Assembly: GCA_049964835.1 (NCBI GenBank)
Contig: JBMFWW010000012.1
Span: forward strand, 1 to 21,270
Reading direction: 5' to 3'
Source: Candidatus Micrarchaeia archaeon
Lineage (GTDB): Archaea > Micrarchaeota > Micrarchaeia > Micrarchaeales > CABMGC01
DNA length: 21,270 nucleotides
Shown here: positions 7,713 to 16,177 of the stretch, one piece after another
Position numbering within the stretch: the stretch's first letter is position 1
Layout: the number at the start of each line of letters is the position of its first letter
Position numbers and translations under genes: made by a program
Notes under the pieces: generated by a model
What the model was told of the DNA's origin: nothing
The model's input: only the letters and a program-made list of their open reading frames with translations
Databases searched by the model: none

Positions 7713-10700
7713 TTAGCCTGGAACGCTGAAGTTGTTTGTTATATAGCTTGGCTTTTGTATGTATGGCGGAACTCCATCAGAGTAATTATTTAGTTTGTAT
7801 ATTATGACATCATTTGTTGAATTGATTAGATTAATTCCTGAAAAGCCATTTACCGGATAAACCATTGTAAATCCAGGCAGATGACCAAGGAAGAATCCTC
7901 TGTAGTAATTTGAGCTGTAGAAAAGTGATGGAGCGTCGGTAACTGTATAGTTTGGTCCATTAGGTAGATATATTGCCATAGCGCTGAAGAAGGTTCCTGC
8001 ACTACCATAATTAACATAACCATTAACCAAATCAGTATTGTTTAAATCTATTATTATATTAGTACGAGTTCCGTTAACTGTATACAAAGGAAGTACCCCA
8101 TTGGAACTGCCAGTAGTAGGTACACAGTAACTCTGATTTATTGCTTGTGGCACAGTTTGTCCTACAGTCAATAACACCTGAACCGCTTGTATTGAACTAT
8201 TCTTAAAGTTGCAGTAATCGCTTACAGTTGGATTTGAAGGAATATTTACTTCTATAGGATCATGAGAAATTTCACATTGAGATGTTCCAGTGAGGAATGT
8301 TGATAGACCATACTTTGAACCTTGTGCTACTGCATAAGCTTTGCTTGTTTCATTAGCATAAACACATCCTAAGAAATCAAGCGCACCCCATTTTGGAACT
8401 AGTTGGTCATCAAATAACACATATCCAGTTTGAGTAGTCTGCATTAGCTGAGCTAATTTTACAGGACCATACGAGTCATTAGGACTAAGGATATAATTTG
8501 CAGCTACGCGATAATCAAATGATGCTACCGAGTTATCTCCTCTTATTACTGCGTTGCTGTTTCCGAACCAATTGATCCAATCACCATAGTCCCACCATGA
8601 AAGTATTCTTGGACCGCGTGGACCTACATTTGATGCTGCCCATGCCATAGCCGAAAGCCATTGTTGAGGAACAGAGTTACAGAATAGGTTTGCGCCCATT
8701 ACATTGTTTGAATTGAAGATCTGCGTACATGTGCTTCCTAAAGCGGCCATTATCTGAAATACTGCGCTTGACTCTGAAATTAGAGCTATTATCAATATTA
8801 AATAAAGCATATAATATAGCTTGTTTCTGCTGTAATAGCGATTAATTAGGTATGCTACCAAAACTCCTATCACTACACTTACTATTGCACCTATTACCAA
8901 TGTTATTGAAGCTATTATTGATGCTAATGCAAATATCAAAAAGAGAGTTTCCATTATAAATATTAAACTGTTTAAGTTAGTTGTTTTGTTCTTGTTTTCA
9001 TTTAGGTATATAAATAATGTTCCAAGTATTACGCCTATTGCAAGAATATACGCAACTCCAAAGTGTGGTAAATACTTCACCTCGCTTAATCCTGCAACTG
9101 CAAGTACAGCAACTATTGCTATTGCAAGCATTGCAGATTTTGAGTTTGTAGCAAAAACAGAATATATTTCTATTATTGCAAATATTATTAAAATAATGAA
9201 TAGGAACATAGGAAATCCTAATATTGAAGCACCTATAGAACCAAATCCATTAGAACCAAAATTAAATGTAAGACCAGTTGGAGCATACTCTTGAACTGTC
9301 ATGAATAAAGGCGATGATGGAGTTGTAAACTTTTGGCTTAATTGTAAATAATCAATAACTGGTTTGCCTAAAGGCGTGAATACTATCAAAAGAATTACTA
9401 TTATTATTAACAAGATAAGCCATTCGAGATAAAGCATTCTTCCAGTGTTTTTAATGTACTTTTTCTCTTTAGCAAACTTTGGCAGATAATCATAAAGAAA
9501 TACAATTACGAGTGCAAATAGAGGGAATGCGACTATTGTTGGTATTCCTAAAAGAGAAGGTATTCTATTTGTTAATGATGCACCATAAGGAGCGTATATT
9601 ATGTAAAATAATGTTATAACAGCAATTACAACAATATTCATTTTATAGAAATCTATTGTTATCTTTCCTTTGAATACATCTATTATTCCCTGTGCAACTA
9701 TGTAAAATGCTAGAATTCCTGCATCTACTGTGTAGTAGTGTGCTCCAAGGAATGTTGATGCAAATGCTATTCCTGCAAGTATCGCATATCTTTTCTGTTC
9801 AGGGTACTTTACTGCAAGAAGATATGTTGCAAAGAAGAAGAATAATGTAAAGATTCCCCATGGTTCTAAAAGCTGTTCTCCAGCTATAAAAGTTGAGATA
9901 AGTGTTGGCATTAAAAAGGTTAAACCGGCAGCAAATAATGCAGGGATATCTCCATACTCAGTATATATAAATAAGAATATTACAAATACAAGAAGCGCCG
10001 CAACAATTGGTGGATAGAAACTGCTTACATCACTTAGAAGTGTGTTATTTAGTTTTTGTGTATTTGTTGTGGCTAGCTCATACCAATACGCTTCTAGATA
10101 AGGAACTAATGGTTGTATTCTATGTACAGTTCCATTAACTAATGTAGGCCACGCAGCATGCTCATACAAAGGTTGGTAACCATAAGTAAGTATATATTGA
10201 GTGCTTACCATATCGAAATATGGGTCGAACTCAAAAAACTTAGGCGCAACACCTATGTTTGAGATTCTAGTTGCAAAGGTAGCTAGTATTATTAAGAATA
10301 ATAATGACCATATAATTAAACTTCGTTTATTGCTTAAAAATGAGGTACTTTTATTGACTTGAATATTATTAGAATACGAGAGAAGATCCTTTTCTTCATT
10401 TTCATGCTGTCTGTAAAGACGCTTTTCTTGCTCCGTGTGTGATTCGGTTACAATTTCTAACTCTTCTGAACCTGCTCCTTTTTCTTTTAGTAATCTAATT
10501 TCTTCTTTGTGTTTTGATTCTAGTTCTCTTTCTTCCTGTTCATGTATCTTTACTACTGACAAATCTATATTTAATGATTTTAACTTTTCCCTTATCTCTT
10601 CGACTCTTGCCTTGTGATCAGAACTTGTTATTTGAACTGTACTTGTACTTTTCTTGCTTTTTGAAATGAAGTTGAAACTTAAATCCTCCTTTGTTATTGC

Positions 10701-10967
10701 ACCTTGCCATATGCAAAGAAGTATTCCTAAAATTGTCAAAAAAATAACATTTGCACCATATAAAGCTGATGAAAAAGAAAATGCGCTGCTTACAGGTATT
10801 AAATACGATTCACCCCAAACAAATGCCGGAGGGAATATCAAACCAAAGATGAATCCCATCATAGTTATTTGAAAAAGGCCCATCTTTGTTTTTCTAAGTA
10901 GTGCAAGGGACAGGAAAAATCCTGGCACTAGAATAGAGAGAAAACCTATTATAATTGCAGTAATCAT
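7713..10967 (-). CDS. aglB: Oligosaccharyltransferase AglB (STT3 family) with an N-terminal extension
   Basis: EFDPY, many TM helices, TVQE (TIXE-like), WWDYG, GDN, DDQLVPK (DK motif). Confidence 0.95.
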   Translation of the reverse strand: MITAIIIGFLSILVPGFFLSLALLRKTKMGLFQITMMGFIFGLIFPPAFVWGESYLIPVSSAFSFSSALYGANVIFLTILGILLCIWQGAITKEDLSFNFISKSKKSTSTVQITSSDHKARVEEIREKLKSLNIDLSVVKIHEQEERELESKHKEEIRLLKEKGAGSEELEIVTESHTEQEKRLYRQHENEEKDLLSYSNNIQVNKSTSFLSNKRSLIIWSLLFLIILATFATRISNIGVAPKFFEFDPYFDMVSTQYILTYGYQPLYEHAAWPTLVNGTVHRIQPLVPYLEAYWYELATTNTQKLNNTLLSDVSSFYPPIVAALLVFVIFLFIYTEYGDIPALFAAGLTFLMPTLISTFIAGEQLLEPWGIFTLFFFFATYLLAVKYPEQKRYAILAGIAFASTFLGAHYYTVDAGILAFYIVAQGIIDVFKGKITIDFYKMNIVVIAVITLFYIIYAPYGASLTNRIPSLLGIPTIVAFPLFALVIVFLYDYLPKFAKEKKYIKNTGRMLYLEWLILLIIIVILLIVFTPLGKPVIDYLQLSQKFTTPSSPLFMTVQEYAPTGLTFNFGSNGFGSIGASILGFPMFLFIILIIFAIIEIYSVFATNSKSAMLAIAIVAVLAVAGLSEVKYLPHFGVAYILAIGVILGTLFIYLNENKNKTTNLNSLIFIMETLFLIFALASIIASITLVIGAIVSVVIGVLVAYLINRYYSRNKLYYMLYLILIIALISESSAVFQIMAALGSTCTQIFNSNNVMGANLFCNSVPQQWLSAMAWAASNVGPRGPRILSWWDYGDWINWFGNSNAVIRGDNSVASFDYRVAANYILSPNDSYGPVKLAQLMQTTQTGYVLFDDQLVPKWGALDFLGCVYANETSKAYAVAQGSKYGLSTFLTGTSQCEISHDPIEVNIPSNPTVSDYCNFKNSSIQAVQVLLTVGQTVPQAINQSYCVPTTGSSNGVLPLYTVNGTRTNIIIDLNNTDLVNGYVNYGSAGTFFSAMAIYLPNGPNYTVTDAPSLFYSSNYYRGFFLGHLPGFTMVYPVNGFSGINLINSTNDVIIYKLNNYSDGVPPYIQKPSYITNNFSVPG

Positions 10968-11102
10968 AAATCCACAGTACTATGCTTTTTACTAAAACCT
11001 TAAGTAATACAATAATTTATTAAGTTTTTAAATTAATATAATTACACATTAGTTATTTAAAGAAAAGGTTATTAAAGTTTTGTTTTGATTTTGGTTTGTT
11101 CT

Positions 11103-12206
11103 ATGGACAAAGAGGTTTTTATTGTAGGTGCTGGTACTGCTGGACTTATACTTGCTAGAGAACTTTCTAAAAAAGGCATATCGTGTACTGTTTTTGACCA
11201 GAAAAAACAACCTGGAACTCCAGCTAGCGCTTCAGGCATTATATCTATAAATGGACTTAAATCTATAAAAACAGGCTATGAAGATGCTGTAACTAATACG
11301 TTGTATGGAGCAAGACTTCATGCAGGAAAAAATACTATGTCAGTAATGTCTAAAACACCAGTAGCGTACATTTTAGATAGAGTTTTATTTAATAAAATTC
11401 TTTTAAATGAAGCAAAAGAGGCTGGAGCCAAAATCAATTTAGGCAAAAGGATAACTAATGAAGAGTTAGATGAACTTTCTTCAAAAGGAATAGTTGTGGG
11501 AGCGGATGGGGCGGTTTCAACAGTCGCAAAGCACTTTTCTATGGGTTCTGTAGATAATTATGTACTAACATATAAGGCCGAGTATGAAATTACTTTAGAT
11601 GATATAAAAAATGTTGATTTATTTTTTGATAAGGATAATTCGAAGGGTCTTTTTGCATGGCTTTGCCCCAATTCAGATAAAATTCTAGAGATAGGGGTAG
11701 GAGTAAATTCTGAAGTACACAACAGCAAAGTTGCATTTGAAAGATTTGTTTCAAAAAAAGAGATTTCTGAGAGAATTGCCGACGCTATGTTGATGAACGA
11801 AAATGCAAGCATTATACCTATGAAATTAAGAAAAAAGATAGTTGATGATGAAAAAAATGTTTTGCTTGTTGGGGATGCTGCTGGACAGATTAAGCCTTCT
11901 ACAGGTGGAGGAATTGTTTTTGGAGGAAATGCAGCGATAATTGCATCTGAGGTAATATCGAAACACATTAAAACTGGGATAAAACTTTCGGAATATGAAA
12001 AGATATACAAGAAAAAATATGTGTTTGATACAAAATTGCATAATATACTTAATAAGTTTTACACAAACATAGGAGAAAATGGTCTTGGCTTGACTATACG
12101 GGTACTGAACAATTTAGGCATGTCTGGATTTTTAAGCCAATATGGAGATATGGATAGTCCTAAAAATACATTTAAGAATGCATTCTTAAGAAAACGTGCT
12201 AGGTAG
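11103..12206 (+). CDS. Geranylgeranyl reductase family FAD-dependent oxidoreductase
   Basis: VGAGTAG, LDR..F, GADG..S.VA, FAWLCP, VGDAAGQIKP.TGGGI. Start refined to ATG 11103. Confidence 0.88.
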   Translation: MDKEVFIVGAGTAGLILARELSKKGISCTVFDQKKQPGTPASASGIISINGLKSIKTGYEDAVTNTLYGARLHAGKNTMSVMSKTPVAYILDRVLFNKILLNEAKEAGAKINLGKRITNEELDELSSKGIVVGADGAVSTVAKHFSMGSVDNYVLTYKAEYEITLDDIKNVDLFFDKDNSKGLFAWLCPNSDKILEIGVGVNSEVHNSKVAFERFVSKKEISERIADAMLMNENASIIPMKLRKKIVDDEKNVLLVGDAAGQIKPSTGGGIVFGGNAAIIASEVISKHIKTGIKLSEYEKIYKKKYVFDTKLHNILNKFYTNIGENGLGLTIRVLNNLGMSGFLSQYGDMDSPKNTFKNAFLRKRAR

Positions 12207-12359
12207 ATATTGTTTGTGTTTTGCAGGGTTACGTTAAGACTTCGTTTGTATTTATATAATTTTTAGATGATGCAAATGATTATTGTTTTTTATATGCAAA
12301 TAGAACTACTTGTAATCAACAAAGCCAATATTTTCGAAATATGCTGATAAGATATAATA

Positions 12360-12472
12360 TGGGCCCGGTGAGATTTGAACTCACGACATCTGGCTATCTT
12401 ACTTTTAATCAAACTTTTAATAAAAGTTTGGGATATAAGACCAGCGCTCTGACCATGCTGAGCTACGAGCCC
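12360..12472 (-). tRNA. tRNA-Ile (anticodon UAU) with a 38-nt intron at position 37/38 (intron 12396-12433)
   Basis: Minus strand GGGCTCG-TA-GCTC/GAGC D arm, CTGGT/GCCAG anticodon stem with loop CT-TAT-A^A, GTGAG-TTCAAAT-CTCAC T arm, CGGGCCC-A. BHB motif: CTTA/TAAG central helix with two 3-nt bulges. CCA is not encoded. Confidence 0.93.
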
Positions 12473-12499
12473 TAAACAGGTATATTTTAATATGAGTAA

Positions 12500-12509
12500 T
12501 TATATATAA
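12500..12509. promoter_or_regulatory. Palindromic TATA box between the divergent tRNA-Ile and srp54 genes
   Basis: TTATATATAA is a perfect palindrome, centred about 32 nt from the tRNA 5' end and about 37 nt from the srp54 ATG in a 69-nt spacer. Confidence 0.55.
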
Positions 12510-12541
12510 AACTTACACATAAATATATTTATCGTGAAATT

Positions 12542-13846
12542 ATGGATTTAGGAGAAGGACTCAGGAAAGCTATAGCTAAACTTCAAGGCTCTACAATAAT
12601 AGATTTAAAAACCATTCGTGAGTTTAACAAGGAACTTCAGAGAGCATTAATAAGTGCAGATGTAGAGCTTAAGTTAGTTTCTGAACTTACAAAAAAAATA
12701 GAAAACGCAGCGGTTAAGGAAAAAATGCCTGACGGAGTTAGTCCTAAAGATTACATAACTAATATGGTTTACGAAGAGTTAGTTAAGTTAATGGGTAAGA
12801 GCTATGAAGCTGAGATAAAACCAAAAAGAATACTTATGTTAGGTATGTATGGTGCTGGAAAGACCACAACATCAGGGAAATTAGCTAAATTTTATCAAGA
12901 TAGAGGACTTAGCGTCGGACTTATATGTTGTGATGTCGCAAGACCTGCAGCTTATGAACAGTTAGAAACTCTTGCAAAGCAGGTAAATGTTTCTTTCTTC
13001 GGTATAAAAAACGAAAAGAATGTACGCAAGATAATCTCAGAAGGCATGAAAGTGTTAAAAGATAGAAAGGTAGTAATCTGCGATTCAAGTGGGAGAAGTG
13101 CTTTGGACGAAGTTTTAATAAAAGAAATAAAGGAGATATCGGACGAATTTAAACCTAATGAAAAATTTCTAGTTATAAGCGCAGATATAGGACAGGTAGC
13201 TGGTAAACAAGCTTATGAATTTAACAACGCAATAGGCCTTACTGGAGTAATAGTTACAAAAATGGATGGCTCTGGAAGAGGAGGAGGAGCATTGAGCGCT
13301 GTTAACGCAGCTAAGGCAAATATAACATTTATAGGAGTAGGAGAAAAGATGAACTCCTTAGAGCAGTACAACTCTGAAAAGTTTGTTGGTAGGCTTTTAG
13401 GCGTACCGGACATAGAGTCATTGATAAAAAATGTCAATGAAGCAATTAAAGAAGCTAATGTGAAACCAGAGGAAATGAATCCTGAAGAGCTAAACTTCAA
13501 TACATTTTATACACAGTTGAAGACTATGTCAAAGATGGGACCTATGAAAAATATGCTTGGTATGATGGGCGTTAGCGATCTTCCAAAGAATGTAGTAGAA
13601 CAAGGAGAGGAAAAGCTCGCCAGATATAAAGTAATAATAGGATCAATGACAAATGAGGAACGAAACAACGATAAATTACTAAAAGATCATGGAAGAATAA
13701 CGAGGATTGCAAAGGGAAGTGGAACTCAAGAAAAAGATGTTAGAATGTTAATAAGCGAGTTCAACAAGATGAAAAAATTCTATGAGATGTTCAAAAACGA
13801 CAGGAATGTTAAGAAAAATTTATCAAAGTTTATGAAAATGGGATAA
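12542..13846 (+). CDS. srp54: Signal recognition particle protein SRP54
   Basis: N domain (LQRALISADV), G1 GMYGAGKTT, RPAAYEQL, DSSGR, TKMDGSGRGGGALS, M domain (KMGP, SMT.EER, RI.RIA.GSG). Confidence 0.97.
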   Translation: MDLGEGLRKAIAKLQGSTIIDLKTIREFNKELQRALISADVELKLVSELTKKIENAAVKEKMPDGVSPKDYITNMVYEELVKLMGKSYEAEIKPKRILMLGMYGAGKTTTSGKLAKFYQDRGLSVGLICCDVARPAAYEQLETLAKQVNVSFFGIKNEKNVRKIISEGMKVLKDRKVVICDSSGRSALDEVLIKEIKEISDEFKPNEKFLVISADIGQVAGKQAYEFNNAIGLTGVIVTKMDGSGRGGGALSAVNAAKANITFIGVGEKMNSLEQYNSEKFVGRLLGVPDIESLIKNVNEAIKEANVKPEEMNPEELNFNTFYTQLKTMSKMGPMKNMLGMMGVSDLPKNVVEQGEEKLARYKVIIGSMTNEERNNDKLLKDHGRITRIAKGSGTQEKDVRMLISEFNKMKKFYEMFKNDRNVKKNLSKFMKMG

Positions 13847-13878
13847 AAAATAAAATTAAAAAAAAGAAATGAAGACCT

Positions 13879-13956
13879 TTATCTTCTGCTCTTGCTTTTT
13901 TTAGAGGCCTTTGAAGTTTTTGACGACTTCTTTGACTTCTTTGCCATTTTTTTCAT
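13879..13956 (-). CDS. Small highly basic Lys/Ser-rich protein (25 aa), not in the ORF track
   Basis: MKKMAKKSKKSSKTSKASKKSKSRR*. GTGA SD 5 nt before the ATG, TTTAAATA about 35-42 nt upstream, and a T-rich tract right after the stop. Confidence 0.65.
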   Translation of the reverse strand: MKKMAKKSKKSSKTSKASKKSKSRR

Positions 13957-14153
13957 TTATTTCACTGATATAAAGTAAATGATAAAATTTATTTAAATTA
14001 AACTAATAACAAAGTATATTTTGATATTTAAAGTAATATTAGAATAAAAACTTTATACAGTTGTAAATGAACTACTATTTAATTCTGCAAATTAAAAAAT
14101 ATAAAGATTGTGGAATTTTATATAGAACTAAATAGAAAATTGAATTTTAGTAT

Positions 14154-15548
14154 TTATCCTTGACTTTCTTCTACAAATTTATAATAATTATATAATGCAG
14201 CTAAAGAATTTATTGCAGATGCTGGCGAATCATAGACTGGAAGACCACCACTTTCCATCATTATTTTATGCATCTTTGTATACTCTGAACCTATGCTTAT
14301 TATTATCATAGGCTTTTTCATTGACTGTTTTATTCTTATCAACTCGGATGCGAGCCTTGAGTCTGCACCAGGAGTTTGAAAAAGTGCTATTACAAGTACT
14401 ATATCTATTTTCTCATCATCTTTAAGTAGATTAATTGCATCGCCATATCTTTTGCTGTCAGCATCCCCCGCAAGATCTAGTGGATTGCGTATGTTTACAA
14501 GGCTTGGCATTATTTTTCTTAATTTTTTTGCTACATCGTCAGAGAACTCTCCCAACTTCATATTTAAAGATGAACCTATTGCATCTGCAGTAAGGACTCC
14601 TGTACCCCCTCCGTCGGTAATTATTGCTATGTTTGGCCCCTTTGGAGCAGGTTCCGATTCGAAGATCTTTGCATAGTAGAGTAATTCGCTAATGTCATTT
14701 GCTATTGTAAACCCAAACTGCCTAAATATAGCTTCGTGTGCTTCGTAACTGCCAGCTAAAGATGCAGTATGCGATTTTGCAGCAGAAGCACCTGCTTGAG
14801 TTCTTCCCGCTTTAAGAACAACAACAGGTTTTATTCTAGTTATCTTTTTAGCAATTTCTACAAACTCTCTACCTCTTTTTATTCCTTCTATGTACATAAT
14901 AATGACTTTTGTTTCTTTGTCATTCATAAGATAGTTTAGAATATCTACTTCGTCTACCTGGGCAGCATTACCATAGGAGACGAACTTGGAGAGACCAAAG
15001 CCTTCTCCAGAGATAAGATCTAAAATTGTACTTCCTACGGCACCACTTTGCGCTACGAAACTAACGCCGCCTATTGAAGCTTTGCTTAATTTATAAGTAG
15101 GCAAAAATAAGGTATCAACCCTAGAACGTGGATCGACAACACCTAAACAGTTGGGGCCCAATAAAGGTATATTGTATTTATCAGCTATACTTACCATTTT
15201 ATCCTGAAGCTCTTTTTCTCCTATCTCTGCAAAACCTCCGCTGACTACTATTATACTCTTTGCTTTTGCCTTGCCACATTCATCAACGACATCTGGAACA
15301 AAAGCCGCAGGGATTGCTATGACAACCAGATCTACAGATTTTTTAATATCCAGTATGCTCTTGTAAACCTTCATACCGTTTATCTCATCTGCATTTTTAT
15401 TTACAAGATAAAGTTCTCCAGAATAACCAGCATTAATATAATTTTGCAGAATTATGTTTCCGACTTTATCTGGATCTCTTGAAGCGCCTATTATTGCTAC
15501 GCTTTTTGGTTTGAACATATGCTCTAAATTTTTGAAATTTTTATCCAT
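14154..15548 (-). CDS. acdA: Acetate--CoA ligase (ADP-forming) alpha subunit
   Basis: F.PKSVAIIGASRDP.KVG CoA-binding domain, GPNCLG, QSGA, GN..QVDE, SHTASLAG phospho-His, NPLDL.GDA. Confidence 0.95.
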   Translation of the reverse strand: MDKNFKNLEHMFKPKSVAIIGASRDPDKVGNIILQNYINAGYSGELYLVNKNADEINGMKVYKSILDIKKSVDLVVIAIPAAFVPDVVDECGKAKAKSIIVVSGGFAEIGEKELQDKMVSIADKYNIPLLGPNCLGVVDPRSRVDTLFLPTYKLSKASIGGVSFVAQSGAVGSTILDLISGEGFGLSKFVSYGNAAQVDEVDILNYLMNDKETKVIIMYIEGIKRGREFVEIAKKITRIKPVVVLKAGRTQAGASAAKSHTASLAGSYEAHEAIFRQFGFTIANDISELLYYAKIFESEPAPKGPNIAIITDGGGTGVLTADAIGSSLNMKLGEFSDDVAKKLRKIMPSLVNIRNPLDLAGDADSKRYGDAINLLKDDEKIDIVLVIALFQTPGADSRLASELIRIKQSMKKPMIIISIGSEYTKMHKIMMESGGLPVYDSPASAINSLAALYNYYKFVEESQG

Positions 15549-15555
15549 ATAATCA

Positions 15556-16167
15556 TCAAATTATCATTCTTATATCGACCATTTCATAGCCATCTTTATA
15601 AATGATTGCTGGATTTAGGTCTAATTCTTTTATTTCCTTGTGATCGATTAATAATTTTGAAACCTTCATTAGAAGTTTTATTAATTGTGCCTCTGCTTCT
15701 CCATTGTAAGTAATGACATTTTTAGATCTTAGTTGGTCTAGCATGCTTTTTGCATCGTACTCTTTTATTGGACATAACCTTAGTGCAAAATCCTTGAAAG
15801 CTTCCACATATATGCCTCCAAGGCCTATTAGTATTAATCTGCCAAATTGTGCATCATCTCTGCCTCCGATTATTATCTCTATTCCTTTTTTTGACATTTT
15901 CTGAGCGATTATTTTGTATGGTTTTACCTTTTCTGCTAATTTAACTAGTTCATTATAGCCTCTCTCGACACTTTCTTTATCTAAATCAAGAATTACAAGG
16001 CCGGCTTTTGATTTGTGTACTGCTTTTTCTGAAATTGCTTTTAGTACTATTTTAGAGTTACCGCAGAATTTTTTGGCTTCTTCTGCATTGTTTACGTATT
16101 TACTTTCTATGCTTTTTATATTATAGTCATCCAATATCTTCTTTGCTTTAAAATACTCTAATTGCAT
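15556..16167 (-). CDS. acdB: Acetate--CoA ligase (ADP-forming) beta subunit (ATP-grasp)
   Basis: VLK...HKS..G.V, E.IIGG..D.QFG, GLGGIYVE.FKD, ELDLNP; 7 nt from acdA. Confidence 0.92.
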   Translation of the reverse strand: MQLEYFKAKKILDDYNIKSIESKYVNNAEEAKKFCGNSKIVLKAISEKAVHKSKAGLVILDLDKESVERGYNELVKLAEKVKPYKIIAQKMSKKGIEIIIGGRDDAQFGRLILIGLGGIYVEAFKDFALRLCPIKEYDAKSMLDQLRSKNVITYNGEAEAQLIKLLMKVSKLLIDHKEIKELDLNPAIIYKDGYEMVDIRMII

Positions 16168-16177
16168 ATTAACACTA

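Noticed and set aside
12267..12347. 26-aa plus-strand ORF MMQMIIVFYMQIELLVINKANIFEIC between the GGR gene and the tRNA
   Set aside because: There is no GGTGA-type SD, the TATA-like run is too close to the first ATG, and the peptide has no recognisable features.
12207..12359. Possible integrated element or att site at the tRNA 3' end
   Set aside because: No duplicate of the tRNA 3' end and no integrase were seen in the window.
13957..14153. Possible SRP RNA or other structured ncRNA near srp54
   Set aside because: The region is extremely AT-rich, with no GC-rich stems or SRP helix-8 motif visible.
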